A stretch of DNA of 64,000 nucleotides, taken from the NCBI RefSeq assembly GCF_001194135.2, contig NC_068986.1:46369939-46433938 (forward strand). The letters run 5' to 3'. The notes under the pieces were generated by a model. It saw only the letters and a program-made list of their open reading frames with translations, was not told the origin of the DNA and searched no databases. The DNA is from Octopus bimaculoides (taxonomy: Eukaryota). Below are positions 26,234 to 39,762 of this stretch, in pieces. Each line of letters starts with the position of its first letter. Positions within the stretch are counted from its first letter, which is position 1. The position numbers were made by a program, and so were the translations under genes.

Positions 26234-26639
26234 TTAAAGGAGGTGCCATATCATCACTTGCTAGAAAATTGGTGGTGTACCTATATATAAATTTATAATA
26301 TCAAAGTTCCTAAGCATGCTACAAGGTATGCCTTTGAGAGAGAGATATAGTTATAACTACCTTAGCATAACTACTTAGATTTTATTAATGAAAAAAAAAA
26401 GAAAGAAAAACATTACAAACTAAGAAGTTAAAACAAACAGCCTTATATCTTAAGGAAGCACTTAAATTGATATTACATTATGAACAAACATTATTCAAAC
26501 ATGATAAAAATAATTTAACTTATATCTTGAATTATTTTTTCCATATTAAATTTTAAAATTCTTTAAATATCTAGAAAATGTTATTTCATATGTGCTAAAA
26601 GAAAGAATTATAGTTATGAAAGTTATTGAAAGTCTTAAA

Positions 26640-27290
26640 CATAACTGATTAGAAAGGATATTGGGGTAGATGAATCATTTGTGAGGATCATGCAAGCCAT
26701 GTACAAAGGTGAAATCAGTAAGGTGGGAGTTAGCAATAAACTCAATAAGGAATTTAGTATATATCAAGGCTCAATTCTCTTCTTACTTCTGTTTACAATT
26801 GTCTTCATAGCAATGATAGAGAAATTTAAGACTGTTTGTCTGTGAGAACTCCTACATGCTGATGACCTAGTTTTTAAAGCTGAATCTTTACAAAATTTCA
26901 AGCATAGCTTTCAGACATTGAAGCAAATCCTAGAAACAAAACGCCCCAGAGTAAATTTAGTAGTCAAAATGTTTTAGTAAGTAGGGGAAAAGGCACAAAT
27001 TTTACTGCTATCAGGGAAATGGCTATGTTTAATATGCAAAAAGGGAGATTGAAATAACATACAGAGTACTCAATGCAAATTATGAATGTACAAGAGGTGT
27101 AGTGAAATTACAGGTAGGCTAACAGACATAGATTTTGTATGTGACAAAAGTACAGGAGGAGTAAGAGTACATGTAAAATAAATGTCTTCAAATTCACAAA
27201 AGTGTTTCTAGATTTAAGTGCAGCTTTTGCTAAGCAAATGTTCTGAAAAGATTGTAGTTAGACCAAAATCATTTGACTAGAGGCAATATA
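26640..27290 (+). mobile_element. RTE (BovB-like) LINE reverse-transcriptase fragment, decayed
   Basis: GVDESFVRIMQAMYKG..QGSIL..LFTIVF..ELLHADDLVFKAES..GKWLCLICKKG motifs. Confidence 0.75.
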
Positions 27291-30200
27291 TGATGCTAGA
27301 AAAGATCCACCTGTCCATGGAAGCATAAGAAAATAAACATTAAAACATTAGTGGTGAGTCTCTTGCCCAGTATATACTGGTTAAGTCTCCATTTGCTGCT
27401 CTTACTTTCTTATTACTATCTTCTCAGCTATTAATCATCCCACATTGTACCACATCTCTTGTGTAACGAGGAAAGACATTGTCTCTGTCCATAGCCAGTC
27501 CCCTACATTTATCTGTCTGCATCTCTTCAATCATGCTACCAACATTACAAGAGATAGCATTAGCTTTGTCTATGTTTACTCCCCAAATCTGCCATCATCT
27601 TTAATGCTAACCATCTTTCTCTCCCATCACTTTAATACACCTTATTGATGTCCACTTCCTCTCACCAGCACCCATCTTTATTGCAATCCATTTCTCTGTC
27701 TCATTTTTATTACTACCCATCACACTCTCTCACATTGCATCCTCAGCTATCATTCATTGTTGACATATTTTACACTCTTTCCTCCCTCATTTCCTCCCAC
27801 TTCCATTACTCTGTCTCTTCCTATCATTCCTTCTGTCTCAATTGTGATTTTCATGTTTTGTTTTACTAGTCAATTTCCTTACCAATGATTAATTTACCTT
27901 CGTATCACTGTATCTCTTCCATCACTCCCTCCTCTGTCACTCTATTGTGCCAATGGCCCTGTTTCTATCATCATATTCTTTTTCTTCTGTTTACTCTTTC
28001 ATGCCCTGGGGCGCTCTCTTTCACCATTCATTCTTCTTTTCACACTTACAGTGACATTTCCTTAAGCAAAAGGAGACAATAAAGAGTAGAAATAATTCCC
28101 AAGTTTCCTTGGAAGCAAGGCTGCATATCTAGCATTGATACCTCGATAAAATCCACTGGATGTAGAATATATGGGTAAGATGAAGTTTCTGATTTGTCCA
28201 AACTATTCCAGCATTGAAAGCAAGCATAAAAACTGTGTTGTTGTTGACAATGATAATGTCAACGTTGATGCTAAGGACACTGACAGCAATGAAAGCAGCA
28301 GCAGTAGTGGTGATGAGGAGGAGGAGGAGGAAAGGAGAAGGAGGACAATGATGATGATTAGTAATATGGAAGAAAATTGGATTATAGTGGGTAATTGGCA
28401 ACTTAATATTATTTTTGTGGGGTTTGTCAATATAAATGAAATGTCTATCATCAAAAAGATAAACATAATCATTAATTTGGTTAACTAGCAGCTGAGTTAT
28501 CTACTCTCTACTGTTTACTATAACAGTTTAATATTATAAACTAAAACTGTTAAAAAAATAAAATTGCTACATTCATATATAGTGTAAATATTTTCAGACA
28601 TCAAATTTTGATAGTTAAACTATGCAAAGAAGATTTATCTTCTAAAATTTTAAAATGAAATAAATACAAGTTTTATATATTCCAGCATTTTACATGAAAA
28701 TGTGTAGATATATTATTTATGGAAAACCTCCAATTTCGCTCTGTGATGATTCTAGAAAATATGTTTGCATTAAATTTCTTTACCTATCCAATATTTTCCT
28801 ACTTTTTCAAGAGCCTGAAACCAAATATAATTCTATAACGAAATACAAAATTCCTGTTCCAGTGAAGCCAAATGACAATTTTTCACCAACCAGAGAAAAC
28901 ATTGAAAGGAGATGGCAAGGAACGTAGATGTTTTAAGTTAGTGCATTATTGAAGAATATTCTTTCTTCTTCAATAGCATTTATGTGTACAGTGTGTTCTA
29001 TTTACATTCATTAATTATATCTTACCCATATTTCCTTAACAAATATGGATTAGTTAGTAGAATTCTTGTCATTAAAACCTTTACTATATGTTTTATTTCC
29101 AACTTCATTAACTTTTCCAAGAAATCATTACCAGCTCAAACATTTCAGAATAAAAAATTAATTTCTATTAACTCATTCAATAAATTGAGATGTTGAACCA
29201 ATGTGGCAAGGAAGATATTTTGAACAATAAAGCCCTAGATATACAAAATAAAAAATCATAGATAGACACAGATAGAACACTTTTTATCACACAGTTTGTC
29301 AGAGCTGACTTGGAACTAAAATACAACAAATCTAGACATCACTTAGACAATTCACTTTAACTAATTTATCCACAAATTAATTGCTAAACTATACTTTCTT
29401 TTCCTCCCTATCTCTCTCCCTCTCCCCACTCTGTCCTATGATTTATAAAAAAAAAGAAAAACGAAATATTTGAAATGTATTTACTCTCTTTATGATATCT
29501 TTAACTAGCATTTCTTAAGAGATGAAAATACTTTATAAACAAACATGTACAACACTCTAAGACAATATATCTGAATGGCTTACAATTTTCATGTAATGGA
29601 TGAGTGGTCTATAATCTTACAAAATCGAAGTGTTACCAGCTCTGTTTCGCTTTATATTAGCCAAACCAGTAATGCAATACACAATGCAAAACTCTTGATT
29701 AAAAGTCTTTCCTATAGGATTAATATTCTTACTGAGGACACTGTTGATGGTGCTTTCTTCAAAGCTTCTACCAGTAAACTTTAATGCAGCTTGAAAGTGT
29801 ATTACATTTTTAACTTTTTTGTTTATGATACAAAGAACCATCACCTTTTTTTCTTTCCAAAGTTTTTATTTGTAGCTAAAATCACACCAAAAAGACAAAG
29901 TTAGCTAAAACTATACCAAGACAAAAGTACCATCTTCATTGACCTAAATACTACGTCCATCAAAATAATGATTCCATATCTGAGACAGCAATCATTGCAT
30001 TCTTAGACTTCATCAAATACAAGTCATTTACATAATATATAAAAGCATCTTACTGAAAAACCATCAGATTGTAATCTCTCAAGCTGATGTTTCTTCATTG
30101 TCTTTTTTATCATTACTATAATTCATGTTCCTTTCAGCCTTAGCTCTGTTCCACTCTCATAGGAAGCTTAGTAAGGGAGCTTACTTAGTAAGAGAATAAG

Positions 30201-33200
30201 ATAGTAATCTTGCCTAGCAATGCAGTGGCTAAATATCCATGTTTTTTTTTAAAGTGGTTTGCTCAAGTGGAGCAAAAGAGTATCCCATAAACCTTGACAC
30301 AACTGATATAAACAATTGCTGATTCCTAAACAGCCATTCTATGAAATTCCCTACTCATCTTAATCATTTTCATTAATCTCTGACCTTGAACTCATTAAAT
30401 TCTGTAGTAATTGCATTAATCCTACACTTCTCTCATATACACTTTCTATTTTAAAGTATCATCTTTATCCTTCAAGGAGGGAAAGCTATCTTTTTAAAAA
30501 CAGATTTGATTGACTCCAAATTATCACATTCAAAATTAGTAGTACAAGTGAAATTCGCATAAATAAAGTTTATTAAGAAATAAATATCAAGGTTGATCTT
30601 ACACTTGGTATAAAGCTCTAATTTAATGATAGATTATTATTTTTATAGCAAGAAAACAATCAAGTTTTCCATCAATATACAGAATAATCATCAATAACAT
30701 AATTATGTGCTGATACTAATAGGGTATCAATTACAATTTAATTCATAGAAAAGTTTAGATTATTTGATACATTTGAATTTTTCTCTAATTGTTATTGAAA
30801 ATGCAGGAAAAATAACTTTTTAGATTATAATTTTCAAAAATTATCCAGCAAATTTTCCATTTTGCTTAAGTTAATTAACAAGAAAATTTAGTTTACATTG
30901 ATTTTCAACAGAACTAGAAGCAAATTGTAAAAATACATAATTCCCTAAGTAAAGTTGTTTGTAAATCATACATAGCATATTAATGATTTGTTATTGAATG
31001 CCTTGCTGTTTTTTAATGAGATTTTATTTCAGTTAAATAATCATCATCAGTGAAACACCAATATGTATAATTTATGTAATGATTCCAACAAATATTCTAT
31101 ATATTGAAAAATGAGTGGAAAAAAGAAGAAGCATATTACAATGTATTTATTCTCTAATTAGTCTGGTACTTGTGTATGATTTAATATGAGTAGACTACTG
31201 TAAATAACAGACAGGCTAAATGAGTTGTATCAAAATTTGAACTTTAGTTTGCACCAATAAACTTCTCATTAATTATCCAAACTGACTGAATAAGAAACCA
31301 AGTCTCCAGTTGGATTATCACTACATTGTTACACTACTATAACGATAGGACCTAAAATTTTAGCTAGGAAGATTCAGATAATATTTCAGTAGTGTAATGA
31401 AGGAGGTAATGAAATATTAGAGTATAAAAATAATAATCTATGCAACATATAGTTAATAATTTGATCATTGCAACCAATTATTCACAACAACATTTGATTA
31501 TGTATTATCTGAGTATGAGAATAGTTCACTTGTTATATATATATATATATATATATATGAGTGTGTGTGTATGCATGTATACACACACACACACACTCAT
31601 ATATAAAAATATATATATATATATATTCATGTTTTCTTTCAGCTTTGTGAAACTGATATCAAAATTAGTGAAAATTAAAGCTATTTGTTTAGAATGAGAT
31701 AAATATCATTCTGTTACATTGGACTAAATCACAATATGTATTTAATTACATATATTACCAACTAGATATGGCAAAGTAATAATTCCTTTTCAAATATATT
31801 GTGTAACTATGACTAACAATTAGAAATTAAGTTACTATAGAAATTAAAATGAAATGTAGCAGTCAAGGTATAGCAGAAGACAAAGTGATAAAATATAATG
31901 GCATTAATAATGATTAATATGCTCAGCACTAGTAGAAGAAAACAATGTATAGATTAATGTATTAAGAGTAATGTATCTCTTACAGGATATTATATTTCAA
32001 ATTAATTTAATTTGGTAAACTGGAAACTAAACTGCATTTAAGATATCTGAAGGTTAACACAAAATCAGTAAACTGAATTACAAACTAATATCTATATAGT
32101 TTTAAAATATTGATTTCAAATTTTGGTACAAGGCCAGCAATTTCGGGAGAAAGGATAAGTTGATTATATTGACCCCAGTGTCCAACTGGTACTTATTCTA
32201 TCAACCCCAAAAGGATGAAAGGGAAAGTCAGCCTTGCCAGAATTTGAACTCAGAGCATAAAGACAAATGAAATGCCACAAAGCATTTTGCCCAGTGTGCC
32301 AATTCTGCCAGCTCACCACCTTATGTATATTTAAAATATTGGCAATCTGTATGTTGCATCATGTAAGTGAATGATTGGTGGCAAGTGTTGTATCTAATGC
32401 CCAGTTCTTAACTGATAAGAGACTAAAGAAGTGAAATGTAATGACATATATCTTATCCCTTACTCAAACAAAAAGGTTAGGACAAGATCTGAAATGGAAA
32501 TACTTGATATTTGCAATGTCTATCTCAAGAAATAGTAAAAGTAAAACATATGAAAAGACTGATGGGTGAAGATTTGGAAATGGGATTGTGTATGAATTGA
32601 AAAAGTGCAATTAACATAAATGATGGTGATTGTGGTGGTGTTGGTAGGGTTTAAGAATGAAGAAGGTAGATAAAGGTAGACAATAAATGAATCTGGAGAT
32701 TTCATATCTGCACGTATTTAATCTCTCTGTGAAATGAAATGCCAAGAGAACCTTTGCAGCAGAGTGAGATAAAGATCAAACCCACAGGTTTCATTGTCAT
32801 TTAGCTCATCAGAATTCATGTCACTTACTTCTTATCAAGATGGCAAGCAATAACAGCAGAAAACCACGTATTAAAGTATAAACATGACTGAATTTAGCCA
32901 TGAATCATCTACATAAAAGTACAGGGATGCTGGCACAATGTTAATAACTAAAGTCCTAATACAGAGGATGCTATAAAACATGAGTTTGTAGAGTCATATC
33001 TATATGTATTTAGTTCAAGTTTGAAGCATTTTGAGGCATTTCTGGAATCTTAGGATGAGAATTAAACTAATTGGTTTACTTGTTATTTAGCAACTCGGAA
33101 TCACATCTTCCCAAGATACTGAGTAATGGTAACAGACGTTTTATACATATATACATGTAAACATGCATGCATACATAAATACACACACATGCATGTATAT

Positions 33201-33224
33201 ATGTGAAGGTATGTGGAGTGGCAG

Positions 33225-33470
33225 TTAAGGTGTTGCACTCACAATTGCTAGAGTGTAGGTTTGATTCCCACTCTGGGTAATGTGTAGTGTTCTTGAGCAA
33301 AACACTTCATTTCACATTGCTCTTGTCCCTCTTTCGATCAGTGGGGAATGTTGGTCTGCTTGTCTAGCCAGTAGGGTGGCATCATTCAAAGGCTAAAATG
33401 ATGCAAAATGCATTGTCACCATTGATGTGGAACAACATCTGATAGTCTGGTGATCACATGATATATATAT
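33225..33470 (+). mobile_element. tRNA-derived SINE (ttcttgagcaaaacacttcatttcac core)
   Basis: Head with aggtttgattccc and the cttgagcaa core shared with 1588-1890; reverse copies at about 33860-34050 and 42185-42365. Confidence 0.65.
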
Positions 33471-33572
33471 ATATCATGGCTACTGAATAAGTGTCACATA
33501 TCTTTACAGATACATTCCTCTATTTGCATAATATCGAGGTCTCTTTCTTTCTTTTGTTGCCATTCCTGCCAA

Positions 33573-33636
<64 letters not shown>

Positions 33637-34854
33637 ATGTGTATATAAACACAAGTACATGCACACACTCACACACATATATGCAGACATATATATTTCA
33701 CACACATACACATATACATACATGCGTATATTCTATTCTTCTACACTATTATTGGTTTTGTCCAAAAGCTGCAGCCATTCAGGGGCACTGCCATTAGCAT
33801 TATTGCTTGTTTATAATACTCATTTCCTGGCCCTGTCCCTAGAATCAGATTTTGTGATCGAGTGAGTTAGACAGAGCTGTGACCTAGTGATTCCGACAGG
33901 CTGGCCCTTTGAATTACAACTCATTTTTTGCAGATAAGTGAACTGGAGAAATGTGAAATAAAGTGTCTTGCTCAAGGCCACAACACACCATTGGCAATTG
34001 AACTCACAATCTTTCAATCATGAGCTGAATACTTAAACCACTAAATGACGTGTCATACATACATGCATACATACATATATGCATACATGCATACATACCT
34101 ACATACATAAATAAATACATACATACATAAATACATACATACACACACAAATACAATGGGATTCTTTCAGTTTCTGTCTACTGAAATTGCTTACAAGTCT
34201 TTGGACTACAATAGAAGATTCTTGCCCATGGTATCATACAGTGGGACTGAACCCAATACTATGTAGTTTGAAAATGAAATTCTTAGTCACACAGCCATAC
34301 CCTATACATAATGCTTGTCTATTCAAAAGTTATGCTATGTTGGTACTCTAGTAGTTAACAAAAGAATAAATGCAAGTGATTGAACATGAGATGTGAAGAA
34401 CCTGACCTGGAAAAATCAATGAAAATAAGATACTTCAAATAAGACAAAATTAAAGAGTCACCCAAGCCATACTAGCATAAAGATAACTTGAAAAGAGTGA
34501 CAATGACAAAGATATTGTATACAAAGGCAACAATGACAGAACAAAATCTATTGTTGGAATGCAAATGAAGTTTCATTGGAGATTTAAAACAATTGCTAGA
34601 AATTCAGTTATATTGATGACAATACATTTGTACACAACATCAACAATATTATTTCCAAATGCAATATCAAATTACATATTTTTCTATATAACATTGGTAT
34701 CATTATATAAATGTAATAATTTGATATTCTGGTATGCACTTGTAATATGTCATTCAATGCTCATTTATGGTATGTGGCTACCTGATGTCAACAAAGGTAT
34801 GGAGGTATATTCTTTGTGACCACAGAGTTTATAAAAATATGAGAGAACAAAAAT

Positions 34855-34904
<50 letters not shown>

Positions 34905-35639
34905 CATATAAATGTTGTACATACATATACGCATATAAGTTCTTTTATAAATAAATATATTACAATAAATTCAAATAAAATTATTAAAGTCATGCCAATA
35001 ATTGCTAATATACCCATGCATATGTGGACAAACATGCTTTTAATATGTAGAAATAATGTTTGATTTCACTGTCATAATATCATAAATAACATAATTATGC
35101 TGAGAAATAAAAATGCAGATTTTTTACCCCTTCAAAGCATTCTCTTTAAAGGCTTGTTAAGAAAATTCATTGTTTCCAAACCTAAACTCTATGTTGAAGA
35201 GCTCTGCACAGAATTGATTAAAGAAGTTATATTAAAACAAAAATATTTTGGCTCAAAGTGTTCAAGCAGTAATATGTTTCAAAATGAGCAGTTAACAAAT
35301 ATGAGGCAATTCATCAATTTTTCTTTGACCTTTTGCCATTATCAAGTTAACATATGAAAAGTCAAAATGTTCATTGCCATTAAAATTTTCAACATGAAAA
35401 AATTGGCTGATGAAAGCTACTGACATTTGACACGAAAATTGGAAACATCGTTCAGCAAAATAAATACTGAAAATAAAACAGAACTACTGTAATTACTGAT
35501 TTTAATGTTAGCCTTGAAATATCTAAGCTGATTAATTTTCCATTGTCTGTCTTGTTAAGATACAATAATATATGTTTCAACTATAAGCTCAGATAGAAAA
35601 CAGTTATTTTAATGTTAGAATTGTAAGATAGATTACCTA

Positions 35640-35870
35640 TCATCATCATTTAACTTTTTATATTTCCATGCTTGCATGGGTCACACAACAATATGCTAGG
35701 GCAGCATTTCCTATAACTTGATGCCCTTCCTGTCACCAACTCCCAAATGTTTCCTGTGAGATAATGCTCTGCCAGTCTATTGAACATCAAGCAACTCAGA
35801 ATATTTATGCAGAAAATTGGAAACAAAAGATACCATCTGAATGAGGCATTCATTTACAAAGTTTATGCAA
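35640..35870 (-). mobile_element. SINE RTE-type tail fragment
   Basis: catcatcatttaac..tttccatgcttgcatgggtca..gatgcccttcctgtcacc; similar minus-strand tails at about 9655-9830, 52790-52990, 61985-62175 and 63860-63905. Confidence 0.75.
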
Positions 35871-36107
35871 CATACCATGAAGCCCAGTAATGGTTTTGCA
35901 GAGGGTTAGAAGCATATGGTGACAACAACAAAGTCATTGTTTACAATCAGTGAGCAAACCCACAACGCATCTGAAGATAGAAATATATTAACTTACTTGC
36001 CTTGCACAAGCATACACACACAAACATGTGTGTGCGTATCATATATATACACACACACAGATACATGTATATGTGTGTGTACATATATATATATATAGAC
36101 CTGTGGA

Positions 36108-36684
36108 AATAAACTGTGCTTGAGAAGACCCGGCAGGCCAAGTGAGACCATAACCTGTGGCCTATGCCAGTGGTGTAACCAGCCCATTTAGGCATACCTT
36201 TCTTTCATTGGACACTAAACTATGCTTGTGAAGACCTGTTGAGGTAAGTGAAATTGGAATCGAATTCGATGACAGCACTGCATGACTGGCATCCGTGCTC
36301 GTGAAGCGCTAAGAACACCATCCGAGCGTGATTGTGGCCAGGGCTGCTGCGTGGCCCCCGTGCTGGTGGCATGTAAAAAATACCATTCGTGCGTAATCGT
36401 TACCAGCATCGCCTTACTGGCACTTGTGTCGGTGGTACGTGGAAATCACCATTTGAGCATGGCCGTTGCCAGTACCGCCTGACTGGCCCTCGTGCCGGCG
36501 GCACGTAAAAGCACCCACTACACTCTCGGAGTGGTTGGCATTAGGAAGGACATCCAGCTGTAGAAATTCTGCCAGATCAGATTGGTGCCTGGTGCAGTCA
36601 TCTGGCTCACTAGTCCCCAGTCAAACCATCTAACCCATGCCAGTATGGAAAGCGGACGTTAAACGAAGATCATGATCATGATCA

Positions 36685-36690
<6 letters not shown>
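36108..36690 (+). mobile_element. GC-rich non-autonomous retroelement or LINE 3' UTR with internal ~60-bp repeats and an RTE-type tail
   Basis: About four units of (c/t)gtg(c/t)(c/t)ggtggca(c/t)gtaaaa..acc, then gttggcattaggaaggacatccagctgtagaaa..ccatgccagtatggaaagcggacgttaaacg and a (GATCAT)n tail. Confidence 0.7.
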
Positions 36691-36727
<37 letters not shown>

Positions 36728-37756
36728 GTATATAATGGGCTTTCATTGACACAGGTGCCATGTAGTAGGACTGAACTTAAAACCACGTGGTTGGAAAGAG
36801 AACTTTATCACAGTCAACTCCTTGCCTTTCAACTAATGTAGGTATCTGTATTATATAAAGTGATATATTGTCTGTCTATAATATTTAATCTAAATATTAT
36901 TGAAGAATTTATCAGAATTCAGATAAAACAGCAAACTTAATAAATAAAAGCAAAAGGTGGAATTATTAAAGATTAATGAAACAAAATCATTTTGAAAGTT
37001 TTAATAATCTTTTAAATAACCATTCATTTCCAATATAGAAATATGAAAATATTTAATGCTAATTTAAATTATAGTGTTTATTTGAAACAAATGTAAACAA
37101 CACAGAGAATATCACAAAACACAAGTTGTCAACAACCATGCACTACCATACATACTTACCCACAGGCATTATTTGATAACCTGATGATAAATGTTAGAAG
37201 TTAGTATTATGTAGCAAATTGATTTTGTAAAACAACGATAACTGCAAATTTCTTGCTTCCTGGGTATGTTTCATTTCATCTCAACATGGCTGCACTTATA
37301 GTTTTTATTGTTATTTTATACTCCCAAATATTAATTCAAAGTATGATGATACAGCATTTCTGCTTTTTTTTTTTAATATTTCAGTGGAGTGGTTTGGGGG
37401 GGAGCAATGCACAACACCCTTTACAAGGCTTCTGAGACTGCTGGGATGAGAGAGGAGGGAAGAGATACATAAACTGGAAATCTGGCCTGAATGCTTGCAA
37501 CAGAATGGACTCTGCTGAAGGTACCCAAGGACCTAAGTGGTGCACCCAAGTAAGTCAAAGTGGGATTTTTACATCTATGTAAAAACATGAAACAAATCCT
37601 GTAACGTATCCAATCTAATGTTCTGACATTCTGCCAATCTGCTATTCTAGATTAGTGCTTTATTATCAACCTTAAAATTATGAAAGGCAAAGTTAACATC
37701 CAGTACAAATGCAACAAAACATTCTATCCAGTGCTTTAATGCCAATTTGCCAAAAG

Positions 37757-38145
37757 GTAGGATATGCCTTTTATCTTTTAGTTGTTTCAGTCACTGGATA
37801 GTGGCTATGCTGGGTACTGCTTCGAAGGGTTTTGTCAACAAAATCAACTTCAATACTTGTTTGTTAAGTCTGGTACTTATTCTATCCTATTTTGCTGAAC
37901 TTTTAAGTTATGGAGATGTAAACAAACCAGCACCAGTTATCAAGCAGTGGTGAGGGACATAAACACAAACTTACATACATGCACATGCCTATATACACAA
38001 CAAGCCTCCTCACAGTTTCTAACTAGCAAATTCACTCACAAGACATTGGTGAACCTGGAGCTATAATAGAAGAATCTTGCCCAAAGTATGCACATTGTGA
38101 TTGAACCCAAAACCACCAGGCTGCAAAGCCAGCTTCTTAAACACT
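37757..38145 (-). mobile_element. Main SINE, diverged full-length copy
   Basis: Tail, core and head motifs in reverse orientation. Confidence 0.75.
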
Positions 38146-38636
38146 CATCTATGCCTGGTAACATTATTTAATAAGCATACAACTTTAGCCTGGTTGTGAG
38201 AGATATAAGAAGTTTTTTCACATGATATTATCTTACTATGGGGAAAATAGCTATTGATATAATTAGTTTCTAGTCTTCTTAAATCTTTATCATTGAAAGG
38301 ATGCCCATTTTTCTATCTACAGGAAGACTTGTAGCATATAGCTACTTATATTGCATGCAAACTAGGGCTCAGTGAAACAGGTCATTCCAATTTGCATCAT
38401 TAACAATGTGATACAACACTACACACAAATTCTGTCAAGTAACCTCTTCTTACATTTCAGGTCTTATGCCTATAACAGAAAGAATTATTATTTATTGAAT
38501 TAACCCATGTTGCCAGCTGATGCAAAGATATGCAAATTACATGAAAGAATTTAGTTGAGTCCTATTTTGTAGAGACTATGATTAATTATATGCTACAACT
38601 CTCTGTTTTTAAAAAAATATGGTTATTCTTTCTCAG

Positions 38637-38741
38637 ATGAGTTCAACGTACATCTACAGATATAATACCTGGACACATTACCAGCGTTATATGCTGAAGT
38701 CAGTGGGTGTTATAAATCTTGCAATATACATCATTATCCAG
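38637..38741 (+). CDS. Candidate 105-nt internal exon (MSSTYIYRYNTWTHYQRYMLKSVGVINLAIYIIIQ), unidentified
   Basis: Acceptor gttattctttctcag, donor CAG|gtgacc; only the phase-0 frame is open. No homology recognised. Confidence 0.15.
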
Positions 38742-39268
38742 GTGACCTGATCCAGATTGATTACACCTAATTCAATGCTTAAGTGGTATTCTAATGACTA
38801 CACTGGTAACCTCTTTTTAGCAAGCCATATAGTTTCTCAAGAGCTGTCATATTGTTTTCGATGGTTCTTCACTTTCCTCTAATGTCTGGGGCTCTATGAA
38901 CTTTTCTGTAGGTATGACCTGTAAATCTTCAACTGCTCATCTCTATTCATCCATGCTATAGTCCTTCACTAACTGCAGGTATTTAGCTCATTTCCTCTAC
39001 TCTAGCCTAAGAAAATTAATAAGTAGTCAAACTGATTCTACCTTTTCTACATAAAGATAGATAAACTCAGTGGAGTAACCATATTTTCTTTACTTTTCAC
39101 AATAAGCCTAAAATTATATGCTTATTAACAAAAATATTTTATATTATATTTCAAATTAGACAAAGATGTTGTACATATCACTGTGTGGGAATTAATCTCT
39201 GTTGTCATTGCATACACTGCTATGTATATTAAGTTGAGAAGTTTAGAGGAGTCATAGTCTGTAAATAT

Positions 39269-39492
39269 GGAGGCGCAATGGCCCAGTGGTTAGGGCAGCA
39301 GACTCGCGATCATAGGATCGCGGTTTCGATTCCCAGACTGGGCGTTGTGAGTGTTTATTGAGCGAAAACACCTTAAGCTCCACGAGGCTCCGGCAGGGGA
39401 TGCTGGCGAACCCTGCTGTACTCTTTCACCACAACTTTCTCTCACTCTTACTTCCTGTTTCTGTTGTACCCGTATTTCAAAGGGCCAGCCTT
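39269..39492 (+). mobile_element. tRNA(Arg-like)-derived SINE, 5' half
   Basis: A box tggcccagtgg and B box ggtttcgattccc; matches the reverse complement of the 55607-56001 copy and breaks off after cagcctt. Confidence 0.9.
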
Positions 39493-39568
39493 TGCTGAGC
39501 CACTAAGTTACGGGGACATAAACACACCAACATCAGTTGTCAAGTAATGGTTGGGTGACAAACACAGA

Positions 39569-39604
<36 letters not shown>

Positions 39605-39762
39605 GGGCTTCTTTCAGTTTCCGTCTACCAAATCCACTCACAAGGCTTTGGTTGGCCCGAGGCTATCGTGAAAGACATTTGCCCAAGGTGTCACACAATG
39701 GGATGGAACCCAAAACCATGTGGTTGGGAAGCAAACTTCTTACCACAAGAACCGTGCCTGCA
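39491..39762 (-). mobile_element. Main SINE, 5' two-thirds
   Basis: Near-identical to 62561-62826 over the first ~130 bp. Confidence 0.9.

Noticed and set aside
35407-35445. CTGATGA...GAAA spacing
   Set aside because: No stem II or stem I pairing.
39269-39345. tRNA-like sequence with A and B boxes (also 55925-56001, minus)
   Set aside because: It continues into a SINE body, and the other copy has a tail and TSD. It is a SINE head, not a tRNA gene.
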